Source: Callorhinchus milii
Taxonomy: Eukaryota
Assembly: GCF_018977255.1 (NCBI RefSeq)
Contig: NW_024704742.1
Coordinates: 92,258,001-92,322,000, forward strand
Length of the DNA stretch: 64,000 bases
Reading direction: 5' to 3'
In this document: one piece after another, positions 1 to 12,512 of the stretch
Layout: the number at the start of each line of letters is the position of its first letter
Numbering within the stretch: position 1 is the stretch's first letter
Made by a program: the position numbers and the translations under genes
Notes under the pieces: generated by a model
What the model saw: only the letters and a program-made list of their open reading frames with translations
Told to the model about the DNA's origin: nothing
Database searches by the model: none

Positions 1-89
1 TGTGATAGTTTTGCTTAGCACTTAACATATATTATAAACCATGACATCACTGCAGATCCGTCTCATAATTGCTTTTCTGGGGGTAATAG

Positions 90-219
90 TTCTGAGGAAG
101 GGTCTTGGACCTGAAATGTTGACTCACTTTCCTTTCTCCATAGATGCTGCCTCACCTGCTGATTGTTCCCAGCGACTTCTGTTTTTGTTTCAGATTTCCA
201 GCATCTGCAGTATTTTGCG
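90..219 (+). mobile_element. Penelope-like element terminal fragment with hammerhead-like core
   Basis: ctgaggaagggtcttggacctgaaatgttgac...gatgctgcctcacctgctga...ttccagcatctgcag resembles the abundant chondrichthyan Penelope-type repeat tail (recognised from memory). Confidence 0.55.
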
Positions 220-224
220 CAAGG

Positions 225-256
<32 letters not shown>

Positions 257-616
257 GCTGCCTTAAACGACTAATAGGTGGCAACGCACCACTCTAGGTG
301 AGTCCGTTTCAGGCCAGGTCGCCACCATGTTATATTGCTGAAGCGAGGGAAGTTTGTATTGCAAATTGTAGGCCCTAGAGATGCTTAAAAAGGGGGTTTC
401 TCTTTGCTGATTATATATTTTCTAGGGTTAATTTGCTGAGGAGGAGTGAAACTCGTGCTCTCCTCAACCTAAACATAACTGTGCTAATGGACCTCGATTG
501 CTAACTCGATACACATTTATGTGGCCAGAAGTGCAAGTAGTGGGTTTGTCCCAGCACAAGTGACAAGGCAATGATAAAGCAACTACAATGCAGTTTATTC
601 AAATAATAACAAGCTA

Positions 617-1506
617 ATGAAGGTGATAGATTGCGAAGCTGGACAAGATAGGTTACAGGAGGATTTGAACATGCTTGGGAATTGGGCAGATCGGAGGCAG
701 ATGAAATTCTATGTGGAGAAATGTAAAGTACTTCACATGGGGACAAAAAATCCTGGAGTATACTATTATTTGAACAGAAGGAAAACAATATATATGGAAA
801 ATAAAAAGGACCTGGGGGTCCTGATTGACAATAAATTGAAGCTCTCCCAACAATGCTCTGTGGCAGTGAATAAAGCAAATCAGATGTTGGGATATATCAA
901 AAGATCCATAGCAAGCCGAAATAGTGGGGTAATCCTGTCACTGTAAATCATTGGTGAGACCATACTTAGAGTACTGTCTACAGTTCTGGTCATCGCAGTA
1001 CAAAAAGAATATTGGAGAAATCGAGAAGATACAGAGGAGGACAACCAAGATGATTGAGGGAATGGAGGGTCTGGACTGTGAGGAGCGACTAAGTAAATTG
1101 GGCTTGTTCACGCTGGAAAAGAGAAAATTGAGAGGTGACATGATTGCTGTGTTTAAGATTGTAATTCTACAATCTAGATCATAACAGGCTGTTTCAACTT
1201 GTCCAGAATAGTAAAACCAGAGCACATCACCTGTGATTGAAGGGGGTTAAATTCAGAACAAATCTACAAACACTATTTTAGTGAGCGAATAGGGAACCTG
1301 TGGAACACGCTTCCTAGGGAGACAGTTGAAACAGGAAGTGTTGATTCTTTCAAACACAGATTAGATAGTTTTCTTTTAGGAAATAACATTATGGGATAAT
1401 AGATAGTTTGAGACATATATGCATTCGACTACCAGGAAGGTGGTAGAGGAACTAGATGAATCTAAGTCTTTTTTTGGTCTAGCATTTCTTATGTTTTTAT
1501 GTTCTA
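617..1506 (+). mobile_element. CR1 LINE, 5'-truncated and degenerate (RT C-terminus and 3' UTR)
   Basis: ORFs 617..946 (LQEDLNMLGNWA, KDLGVLID, ANQMLGYIKR) and 951..1184 (VRPYLEYCLQFWS, LRGDMIAVFK); short tttctatg-type 3' repeats. Confidence 0.9.
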
Positions 1507-2159
1507 ACATAATACAACCAGGATTTAGACAGGCAATAACTTATAATATCACTCAAACAATATACAGTCAATCCACTTTGCAATATATTCTGTGAAGCGG
1601 TTTGAGACGTCTCAATTACATGATAAGCTGCTATATCAAATGCAAGGATTATTATTATTCGCCAACTACTACCATAAGGACCAGGCTGATCTGACTAGAA
1701 ACTAACCCAATAGATTTACTATCATTCCCCCTTGTAAATGATATGTTTATGCAACCAACAAAAGGAAAACAGGTTCATTACACCATTAGGTTACTTTCCA
1801 TCTCTGACAGTGTCTTCATTGGCCCTCTACTGCCCTCTATTTGTTCCTCCCATTTAATGAATTGATTCTGCCTTAAAGGGCAGTCTTCCACCACTATTGC
1901 TTCTCCAGATTGTGAAATGATGAAAATAACATGGGGAGGTAGTTGAAAATACAGCACAATATAACTAATTTGTGCCAATCAAAAATCACAGACCCCAAAT
2001 TCCATCTAGTCTTAGCCAATAAGGCCATTTTATTTTAAAATAATAATTATTATTATAATTCTTGCATTTGCTGATGAGCACAAAGTTAATTTTTGGTTGT
2101 GAGTCCACACATTTCACTTTTCCTCAGCAAATTAACCCTAGAAAATAAATACTCTGTAT

Positions 2160-2300
2160 TAAAATTTCAAGATTGTGAAAAAGTCTTAAATTCAGTCTTA
2201 ATGTGGAAGCCAGTTTTTTTAAAAAACTACAGAAAACTGGCTTCCACATTAAGAATGGATTTAAACTTTTTCCTCAATTTTGTGAATCTTAAAAATTAAG
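2160..2300. repeat. Palindromic MITE-like element, family A
   Basis: Perfect 22-bp inverted arms tcttaatgtggaagccagtttt / aaaactggcttccacattaaga with imperfect outer arms; related copy near 28025-28180. Confidence 0.7.
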
Positions 2301-3765
2301 ATAAAATGGTGACTTGGCTAGACCTAGGTAGAATCTCAGATCTTTAGTTTGAATGGCAAAATTGCATCAGGATTATTGATCTAGGGTCCAAACAATACCA
2401 GGGTAAAAAATCCACCCTCTCTCTTTTATTGGCAATAGAACTCAATTCTACAATTCCGAAGAATGGGCCTATAAATCTCTATAAGTTTGGATGAATATAT
2501 GTATGTGTATGCAGTGTATAGTATGTACAAGGGATGTGAGCAGCACTTGTCCATGGCTTCAAAAAAAGCACATTGTTTCCATACTTCTTTCTCCAATGCC
2601 ACGATGTGCGCCAGTACACCTTAGACAAAGCACCGATTTCGTAACAACAATGGAGTACACCTGTAACTCATTCTACCCCACTCTCCCAGATAACAAAAAG
2701 GTTAAGGTACAGATTAAAAAGAACTACACAGCCTAAAAAAAATCAGTTTTGCAAATGTCTTCCAAAATTCAAGATAATAAAATTAAAAATTATATTCTGC
2801 TCAAGAGTCTCAAAAAATCATTAATGTCATAAACATAAAACGTTTCAACAGAGATAGTGGAAAGTCAAGCGTTATTCATGCATTTCATAGAACTGCTGAC
2901 TGATATGAATGGGATATTAAGAAATATCATTATTTGCAGCCTCTTTAAACTGAAGCACAATAGCTTCATTCAATAAACCACGTCATGGTAGAGTTGCCAT
3001 AAATCTGCTGCTGACTCTTATTAAAGCCGTTCTGCTGTAGGTTTTGTTTATGTGGGTTATCCAAACCACCTGGTAATTCCCACAGGTCTGTGTACATATG
3101 GTGCTAACAGCACTTACAGCTGCTGATCAGTTATCATACATTCAGTTGTTTGTTGCCCAGCTCAGCTGGACTGAAGACGAGCAGCACTGTATCCATAGAG
3201 GCGCTGCTATTTACTTTACAGCTAATCACATTCTGATGGTTGCTAGTAGAAATGTTACACAGCTGTAACGAAAAACCCCACAGCAAATGCCAAAAAACAA
3301 CTCCAGACTGTTTCTCCAACTGGGCCCTTTCTCTTCTGCATTTAAGAATCTTATTCACAAAATAAAAGTCTTACCATTTTTAATGGTAAAACCCAATTGA
3401 ATAATTTAGCACTGTTCAAATGCTTCTGTAATTATTACAATGGAATATCGCATTTAATGCTAAAGGTATAATGCTAAATTGAATGAGCTCAGGACCTAAT
3501 TGTGAACTTGGACTGAATAGGACCACTGCTGGTTAATTTATCAAGTATTCAAACATAACCCAATTTTGACACATCTGGATTTAGATACTTTAAAAAATTC
3601 AGTCACAAGTATGACTAACATTCACCATTATTTTCCCATCATTGTTGTAGATGTTAACAGCACAGCCCATTGAGTCTTCACTAGCTCCCAGAGCATGCAG
3701 AACATTCAATCCCACTGCCATGCCCTATTCCCACACACCTTCAAGCCTCTATCTTTCATTTTCGT

Positions 3766-4127
3766 GGAGTCCTGTAGCTCAGTGGTTACAGCACTTGCCT
3801 CGAGAGACCTGGGTTCGATTTGCAGCAGGGTGAAACTCTGGGCAAGTTTCCTTACTCCACACGCCACTGTTTACCTAGCAGTAAGTAGGAAGCCATTGTT
3901 AGTCGATTGGCAGATTGCTTTTCCGGGGGTAATAACGCCTTCAAAAAAAATACTAATAAAAATTCGGTCACTCAATCCACGACTGTTTGTGGGATACTGC
4001 TGTGAGCAATTGACTGCCTCATTTCGCATACAAAATACATAGTCAAGTCACTTTACAGTATATTCTGTGAAGCACTTTTAGGCGTCTCAAAGATTTAAGG
4101 CACTTTATATCAAATGCAAGGATTATA
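3766..4127 (+). mobile_element. tRNA-derived Deu-domain SINE, older full-length copy
   Basis: ggagtcctgtagctcagtggtt head, ctgtttgtggga...gctg central domain, atcaaatgcaaggattat tail. Confidence 0.85.
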
Positions 4128-6089
4128 TACCTGCTATTTCCCGCTTGAATTCCACAATAGATTCTGCCTCGACCACCTTAGTCTCAATAACTCTCTGAAT
4201 GAAAACATTTCTCCTAAGCTCCCCTTTTACACTTCTTGTGACTAACTTATAACTATGACCTCTAGTCACTGGCTCCACTCCCTCCCATCTTCTGTCCCAG
4301 CGCCTTGGGACGTCCTCCCGATGTGAAAGGTGCTATACAAATATAATTTTGTTGCTGTTGTTATCAATTATGGTCCTTGATGCAATTTTCCGCTTGCCAA
4401 TTTTCTCTCTTGTCCTTATTCTTGAGGGAATTTGTTTCATTCCCATCTCCTCAAAGAAGTTTCCCAAGGCACCTGGTCTTTGCACAAGTGATCATTATAC
4501 CAACTTTCACAGATGTGTCCACTCACAAAACACACACTCACTACACTTTGCAGTATATCCTGTGAAGCAATTTGGGGGTCCTTCCAATGTGAAAGGCGCT
4601 GTATCAAATGTAAGGATTATTAACATATTATTATTATTATTGCTATTAGTATCTGTAGCAGTTGTTCACACAGTGGTGATCAAGAGTTGCAGCCCAGGAA
4701 AGTTATTCCCCCTTCCTATCCTAGTCCTGAATCTAATGTGGGTCCATCGCTCTGACCCATCTTCGATCAGCTAACTCTGGGGGCATGGGGATGATCAGGT
4801 GATACTTTTGACTGCTTTTCCTTAATACAAGTATAGAATTCTGGCACTTGTTCTACTTGTGCAAAAAAATTTGGCATTTCTCAAAATTCCAAATTCAGTC
4901 AAAAGTTTGATGTTACTGTGAACCTGCTAACTAGTTTGTCAAAAGTATTCGGTCATAACCATAGAATGTTTAATAATTTCCAATGTTATATGATAATAAT
5001 AATCCTTACATTTGATACAGCGCCTTTCACAATGGGATGATGTCGCAAAGTGCTTCACAGGATATACTGTAAAGAGATTTGACTATGTATTTTATACGAA
5101 ATGAAGCAGCCAATTGCGCATAGCAGTGTCTCACAAACAGTAGTGAAGTGACTGTGTGTATATGATCCAGTTGAAACATTTTAAGCACACTGAAAGCATT
5201 GGATTTAAACTGAGATGCTTACAAATAGTTTAACATAATCCTAAGTAAAATCAAAATTAAACAATTTTATAATTCAACTATTAGAATTGTGGCAGAAATA
5301 CAATGAATAACTAAAACAGACGGTAAAACACCATACAGTACAATACAAAATACAATACCAAATTACATTGTAAAGCACCTTTCATATCAGGAGGATGTCC
5401 CAAGGCAGTCAGGGCTTTGGACCCAAGTGTGGGTGGGTGGGTGTGGGCGGGAGGCAAGGGAGAGAGCTCGCGAAGGGAATGTGGGATGGAGTTTCAAAGG
5501 GTGGAGGCGGAGAGACTGAAGGCTCGACTGCTGATGGTGGGCTGGGTGGGGGACATGGAGTAGGCCAGAGCCTGCTGAGCGGAAAGAACGGACAATGATA
5601 CACCATCAATGAGGTATTTCTAACAAACATCAACCACAAACACCTGTCTTGTCTCGAATGCATGTTGAAGCATGATGCTTCTGCACAGAGACTTGATTTG
5701 CAGACTCACCCACTGCTCCAGTCAAAGCGGTGAAAAAAAACCATTGTTGAGAGCTGAGGCTCAGAGGAGGAATTGTAAGCCCTTAAAAATGACGTGAGGT
5801 CAGTCCTGATCAGTAGGTCAGCCACTGCGTAGAAAGGTTTTGAAAAACCAATTACTTCAAACCACTATATTTTTCAACTCAGATACGGTGTATTTTTCTC
5901 CTCTTGTACATGAGGAAAAAAACATTCCAACACCCTTTCTGAAGTATTTTCTAAAGGTGACGTGTTTTACCAATTGACTCGTACCAAAATTCCAAACTGT
6001 TTCAAAAACTGTTCCACCATCTACCAAAATTTAATTTACCAACTACAATGTAATCACAAAATCACAAGAGAGATACGGATCAGAAATCA

Positions 6090-6380
6090 AGATTCTGGCA
6101 GTTCCAGCAATCCTGGACTCTCTAAAATTGAAAGGCCCACATTTCCACAGTCTGACACATGCAGAAACCCATCACCATGCTTAAGAGTATCCAAACCAAA
6201 CTTACAGTTGCATACATCCCACCTATACATGGAAATCCCAGAGCTAAATTGTTGGAATGGAATGTGCGCTCTCTCCCTGGAGGGAGGCATCCTGCTTACT
6301 TAATTGCGGAAAGCATTAGGCACAGGTTGGCAAGAGTCAAGGCTTGGAGACCCCAGGATGTGCGACGGGGTACCGATATA
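6090..6380 (+). repeat. Unclassified interspersed repeat (several copies in window)
   Basis: Core cagaaacccatcaccatgcttaagagtatccaaacc recurs near 53040-53240 (-), 53430-53620 (+) and 61335-61480 (-). Confidence 0.7.
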
Positions 6381-7648
6381 GTCTAATTAGCTAAAATCAC
6401 ATAGCTTGCAGGTTAACAGGAGCTGACTGGGAACACTCCCTGCTCCCAGTGACTGGTAAAAGTGTGATATGAAATGGTAAAATCAGCGGTGTTTGATGCC
6501 AGTGTAAAATGATCAACCACAGCAAATATTACCCCAGTCAGTCTACAGGGTCAGCGGTTGTGTTTCACAGTGACAATGTCACAATCATTCCAAAGATGTG
6601 AATGGAGCACAGATAAACATTTACAGATCATGATTTGGGTTGGAATATCTGAGCCAAATTAGTGAAAATCATAAACAAAAACGTTTGTAATCCCCTCGGG
6701 AAATGCACAATAGCAGGGACCAAACATCGTTCTGCACACAGGAGTGGTGGGGGGAGGGAATTCAGCAGCTGATTCACCAGAGCTGTCCCAAAGCAGTGCA
6801 ACTAGAAAAGGTGCCAACCAGTCACCTAATTGGATTGATAGCTGACCTATGTGGACATGGGAGAAGGAGGAGGAAAAAAGAAGAAATTCAATAATTTCAA
6901 GTTGTTAAAAAAACAACACACATAGAAGAGTTTCTCTTACTATTGTGTTACTTCTGAAACTGTTTGTCCCCATTGGTCTGTCGAAAAGTTCTGTTTAGCC
7001 AGTGGGCCATTGAGGTTAGTCTAATGGATTAGAAGCTGTCTTGTGACCTGTAACAGAGAGTATGATTGGAAGAAAATGCCATCATTAATTGATTTTGTTT
7101 AATGTTACAGACCATGGTAAAATCAGATTAAGGGAGATGAATTACAGAAGATAACATGCAGGTTTTAATAGCTCTTAAAATGTGAATTTAAATGAAGTTT
7201 GCACAGTGAGTTCTTCTGCATTAATTGACAGCCATAGAAAGGATTAATTTGTGGTTATTTTCTTGTCAGTGCCCTTTTACAATTACAATTTACATTTATA
7301 TAGGGCCTTTCACATGGGGAGGATGTCTCAAAGCGCTTGAGCTATATTTTAACTTATATCAGATTGAGCAATTAAATTGTTCTTGTAGGGTTAAAAATAG
7401 GATTCAAGTAGTTAATGCTAACAATCAAGACCCTATTTTCTGACTGTTGGGTGGAAAGGCACTTTAGACTGGTTCATTGTGGTATCCACAGCCACGTTGC
7501 CACTCAGGCAATAGAGACATAAGTAATAATAATAATAATAAGTGATGAGTTATCAAGCTTTATACAGAGTAAATCCTGTAAAGCACTTTGAGATGTCCTC
7601 TTGATGTTGGAAGATGGTATATCAAATGCAAGGATTATAATTATTAGG

Positions 7649-7830
7649 ATTTATGTAGCATTTCAGAACATCCATAATTCGGCCAATTCTTAAGTAAAGT
7701 CTTTAATTTTGAAGACATGTTTCTGTAAGTTCTTCTAAGAACTTAGAACTTAGAAGAATTTGCAGAAAAATAACTTCAAATTTAATTTGAATTCTGCCAA
7801 ATTTTGGATGCTTTGAAATGACACATAAAT
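7649..7830. repeat. Palindromic MITE-like element, family B
   Basis: Left arm atttatgtagcatttcagaacatcca pairs with right arm tggatgctttgaaatgacacataaat; related copy near 24655-24820. Confidence 0.65.
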
Positions 7831-8769
7831 TGTGTGGAATTTCTCTCCATAGGTGTGTTCTGGAGATGGATGTGGTGCAGCTGAGGGAATAGGAGCCAAT
7901 AGAGCCAGAAATTATGAGTTATCAAATTTTATAAAGAGTAAATCCTGTAAAGCACTTTGAGACGTCCTCTTGATGTGAAAGATGCTGCATCAAATGTATT
8001 TGTGCTGGACGTATTTGTGTGAAAGATCACTCAGAAATTCTTTATACAAGTGAATAAAAATATAGAGATATACAAATATAAATACAGTATATATGTTGAG
8101 TTTCGGAATATTTTTATGAATAAAAGGAATAAAATCACCATGAAAAAATAATGGCATTTGGAAGGTATTAGATTGCTTGTCCGATTTCTGGATATTTTTG
8201 TGCAACCAAAAATAATGTTAAAATTTTAGTAGTGTGTTTTGCTTTAAATCCACGATAGAATGAATGGTTTAACATCAATCGTTGCTTTCAGAAGGCGATA
8301 TCCAGGTTATTACAGTCAAAAATGGACAAGGATGATTTAAGTATTTTAATTTGAACATTATTGTGTATGCTTACTGTATATGCACGGCAAGCCTTGAACT
8401 ATTCCTGCAGATTAAAGACACGATGACAGTCGATTTGCTTTGTCCGCCAACTGAACAAGCAAACATTCTTTGTGTGCAAAAGGTGCTCCATTAAGACAGA
8501 TTGTACACACAGCTGAAGTGACCGTTGTTCACAGGCTAGCAGGCAGGCTGCACGACAAAAACTCTCTCATGTTTGACTTGTTTGACTCTTCGGTCTCTTT
8601 CTCTTTTTTTATGCTGAAGAGAGCTACATTCTTGACCCCTATTACAAAGGGTGGGTTTTGCCATTTTCCCTGCTTCCTTTCTTTTTAAATATGGAACTGG
8701 AAAACCGTTAGACTCTAATTTCCCCTTTTTGAACAATATTTTCTCACTGTGTTTTGTTTCATTTTTGAT

Positions 8770-9226
8770 GTAATAATAATAATCCTTGCATTTGATAAAG
8801 TGCCTTATCATGTCTTTGAGACGTCTCAAAGCACTTCACGGAATATACCGTAAAGTGAATTGACTGTATGTTTTATGGGCGAAACGCGGCAGTCAATTGT
8901 CCCACAAACAGTCGAGGATTGAGTAACCAAATTATTTTTTTTGAAGGGATTATTAAAGGGATGTTGAAGATCCCATTGCACAATTCAAAAAGAGAAGGAA
9001 GCTTCTGCCAGTTATTTGGATACCAATCTCCAAATAAAATTGATCAATTTTTGTGGAATACTGCTCTGTGCAACTTGCTGCCGCTGTTTCTGGGACAATT
9101 AACTGCCGAGTTTCGCCCACATAAAATACACAGTCAATCCACTTAACAGTTTATTCTGTGAAGTGCTTTGAGACATCTCAACAATGTGATAAGGCGCTTT
9201 ATCAAATGCACAAATTATTATTATTA
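8770..9226. mobile_element. Two SINE 3' portions in inverted orientation
   Basis: Reverse copy at ~8770-8950 (taataatccttgcatttgat...) and forward copy at ~9050-9226 (...atcaaatgcacaaattatta). Confidence 0.75.
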
Positions 9227-12111
9227 CTCACATGAATTGCAACAATGTATTTTTAAAAAATAAATTAGAATGCGATTTTTAAAGGGTTTTGAGCAATTAC
9301 ATAATTAAAGGCACGCTAAGTTAAATAAATGAAACATTTCAATATGACAATATTTTTATGCTTCATTTAAGAGTTATGTGGGCAAAATAAGAATACAATT
9401 CTAAGGGCAAGGGATTCTATTAATCAGCAAAGTTCTCCATTATAAACACATTGTAATGTACTATAATAACCTAATGACCAATACAATTCACCTAGTGCAG
9501 TGTTAAATTCAGGAGTGCTTTACCCATTGTTATGGTTTCAACTGTGTATTAACTCAGTTTCTGTGTAGGATCATTCATCATAAAGTTTTCTAAAGCTTCC
9601 TAATTCACTGCTAAAGTCCTGATAAAGTCGGAGGAACTCACTAATCACCCACCAAACATGACCGTTGTTGCACACTACAGTGATTTTTAAAAATGTAGTC
9701 ACCAACAGAACATTATTGTGGTAGCTCCAATCTCCAGGCTGCTGGGAATTTTAACCCTTCCCTTTCTTTGTGGGTACTCTAAAGACATTCAGTAACAATG
9801 TGAGTATCATCATCTCCATATCTTTTAAGCTGTTTTGAAAGAGCCTGCCCCTTTCGTGTTGGGCACAAATTGAGGACAGCGATGATTGCTGATCCTTGTC
9901 TACGTGTGAGATCTGAGGAATAAATGGCTGTTACTTCTATCTGACCTTTGCAGAGCAGGTCATGAGTTAAGCTGTCCATCTTCCTGTTCCCTTTAGTCTA
10001 CGCCTGCAGGGAAAACCTCAAACTCACTTAGCTCTCTGTTGTGCAAATGACTGCTCTCATATTTATGGAGGTATGTATTTAAACTAGTTAATAGCTGGAC
10101 TTTATTCTATTTTTAATTCATTTGATTTTTTGCCATTTGATGCGACATACTATATCATGTGCTTTCATACTTGGCCTTATTGGGAACTGAGCCAAACTGA
10201 ACTCAGGAAATTGAACTTAGTGAAACTGGAAACTACAGGAGGTGCTGAGAGGAGGGTGACTGACTCCAGTGGGATGTTCTGAAGTGGAAGAAGAAAAGGT
10301 TATTTGTATTCCCTGCACAGATTTATATACAGTTCTGATTAAATATTGTGCATTAGCAAACGTTTTAATTGTTTCAGTTCAAAAAATTATTTATTCACCT
10401 CACTTACCTTTACTGTCTTGGAATAGACCTACCTCTACCTTATCCACCCCATCATCAGTCATTCTGCCCCCACTCCCTGGAACACACCCCAGTGACCTTC
10501 GACGTGTCCCCTTCCTCCTCCTTTCAAAGCCTGTGTTTACGGTCATCTTTTCTCCCCTCCCCCACCCTCCAGATCCCCCCACTCCTGGCTTGGGTGCTCA
10601 GCCAGCTGTGTAAAGTCCTTTGAGGCGTCATCCTGCCATGAAAGGCGCTATATAAATGTAAATTGTATTCTATTGTAGTTCCAAATAGGTGATGTTGGCA
10701 ATAATTTCTCTTCACAAGAACTTCCTTGGCTTCCCTTTTTGACAGGGAATTTATCTATTTATTATTCCTCATTGACACCAGGTATGATGACATGTTTTTG
10801 CAATCAGATAATGTTCTTTTCCTCAATTTTCTGTTTGGACACAACTGGAATCCTCTTTTCTTCCATTATCTCAACTTTGGGGACAAGAGACAAATTATGG
10901 TTTAACTGAGAATGGGGTAAACAAGATAGTATAAACAACCTTTGTCATTGCAGTCTAATCTTCCTGTTCTTTTGTCCCAATCCAAGTTTCCATTAAAGTC
11001 AAGGTGGGAATTCAAGCCCAATAAAATGAACCCTAATAAGAAAAACTATATTGTATCTGTCCCCAGGTAATCATAATAAGAACATTCATGTGTATGTGAG
11101 TTGTTTAGGTGAATGTGAGCTCGGATGAAATTGCTGGAACTGGTTAGTTCTAACTGAAGGAAAGCTGCAGTAACACAAAAGCATCAAAACCATAGTGCAC
11201 AACTGACTGGTAAGAGTAGCCAGCTGCTGTTTTCATCAACTTTACATGCAGAGGACAAAGACACAGTTAATTTCATTTACTGTTCTTTTCTCCAGCGTGA
11301 AATAAGCAGGGACAAGTTAAAGGCTGTGGAATGGGAGCTACTTATCTGACCTCCTTTGTATGAACTATTTCTATGAGGTACAAGTTTGTACCATTTATTT
11401 GAAATATGATATGACATGTATAAACCGATATGAGTCTGGTATTATTACGCTTAAATTGTTTTTTAAAAAAATTAAATGACGTCCTTTTAGATGTTAAAGA
11501 TGTAGTATTACTGCATTATACTACATCACAGCAGATGATGTATAAATATTCTTCTTCCTATTTTCTCTTTCAGTTCACTTACTTCACACTCTATTCCCTA
11601 CCCAAACGGCAGGAAATCATTGCTGAAACTTTGCCAATTGTGTAGATGTTTGCCCACAAAATATACGGTCACTACACGTTATAGTAAATACAGTACTGTG
11701 AAGCGCTTTGAGACATCCTCCCAACTATATCAAATCCAAGGATTCATTAACAATTAATTTAATTATATTCTTTAATCTGCACGAGGAAAGAAGGAAAAAA
11801 TTGCATTGTTATAGGATCCATCTTTCGGCTGAGTCGTTAAGCCGAAGTCCTGTTCTGCCTGCTCAGGTTGATGTTACCGATCCCATGACACTATTTGAAA
11901 AGAGAGAGGAGTTTCTCCAAGTGTCCTGGCCAACAATCACACAAATAAAGTTAAGTTGGTCACTCACTCCAAAGCTGTGGGACACTGCTGTTCGCAAACT
12001 GGCTGCCGTGTTTCGCCCACAAAATACAGAATCAATCCACTTTACAGTATATCCTGTGAAGCGCTTTGGGATGTCTCAACAACGTGCTAAGGCGCTATAT
12101 CAAAATTATAT

Positions 12112-12512
12112 TGCAACAACAACAAAATTACATTTGCATAGCGCCTTTCACGTCGGGAGGACAATCAGTGTTTCAGACCTGAGCTGGGGGTCGGGATTGG
12201 GGAGGGTGGAGAGCAGGGGAGGATGGAGGGTGATTGAAGAGGAGGGGGTCAAGAGGGGTCTTGAAGGAGGCAAGGTTGGGGGGCAAGGTGGAGGGACTGC
12301 AAGATGGAGTTCCAGAAGGTGGGGGTAGAGTGGCTGAAGGCCCGCCTGCCAACAGTGGGGCAGGCGAGGCGCTGGACATGAAGCAGGACGGAGCCCGCTG
12401 AGCAGAGGGAGCAGGCAGCATGGTAAGGGGTTAGGAGTTCACAGAGGATGGGGGAAGCGAGGCCATGGAGGCCTTTGAAGGTGAGGACCAGGATCTTGAA
12501 CTGTATCCTCTG
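12112..12512 (-). mobile_element. L2 LINE 3' end
   Basis: ORF 12249..12590 has RIQFKILVLTFKGLHGLASP and GRRAFSHSTPTFWNS; (caa)n tail. Confidence 0.85.

Noticed and set aside
280..350. GCCACCATG Kozak-like site and GGTGAGT, considered as a possible TMEM38B-side promoter or exon
   Set aside because: The ORF stops after four codons, it is on the wrong strand for the expected synteny, and no TMEM38B-like peptide was found in the window.
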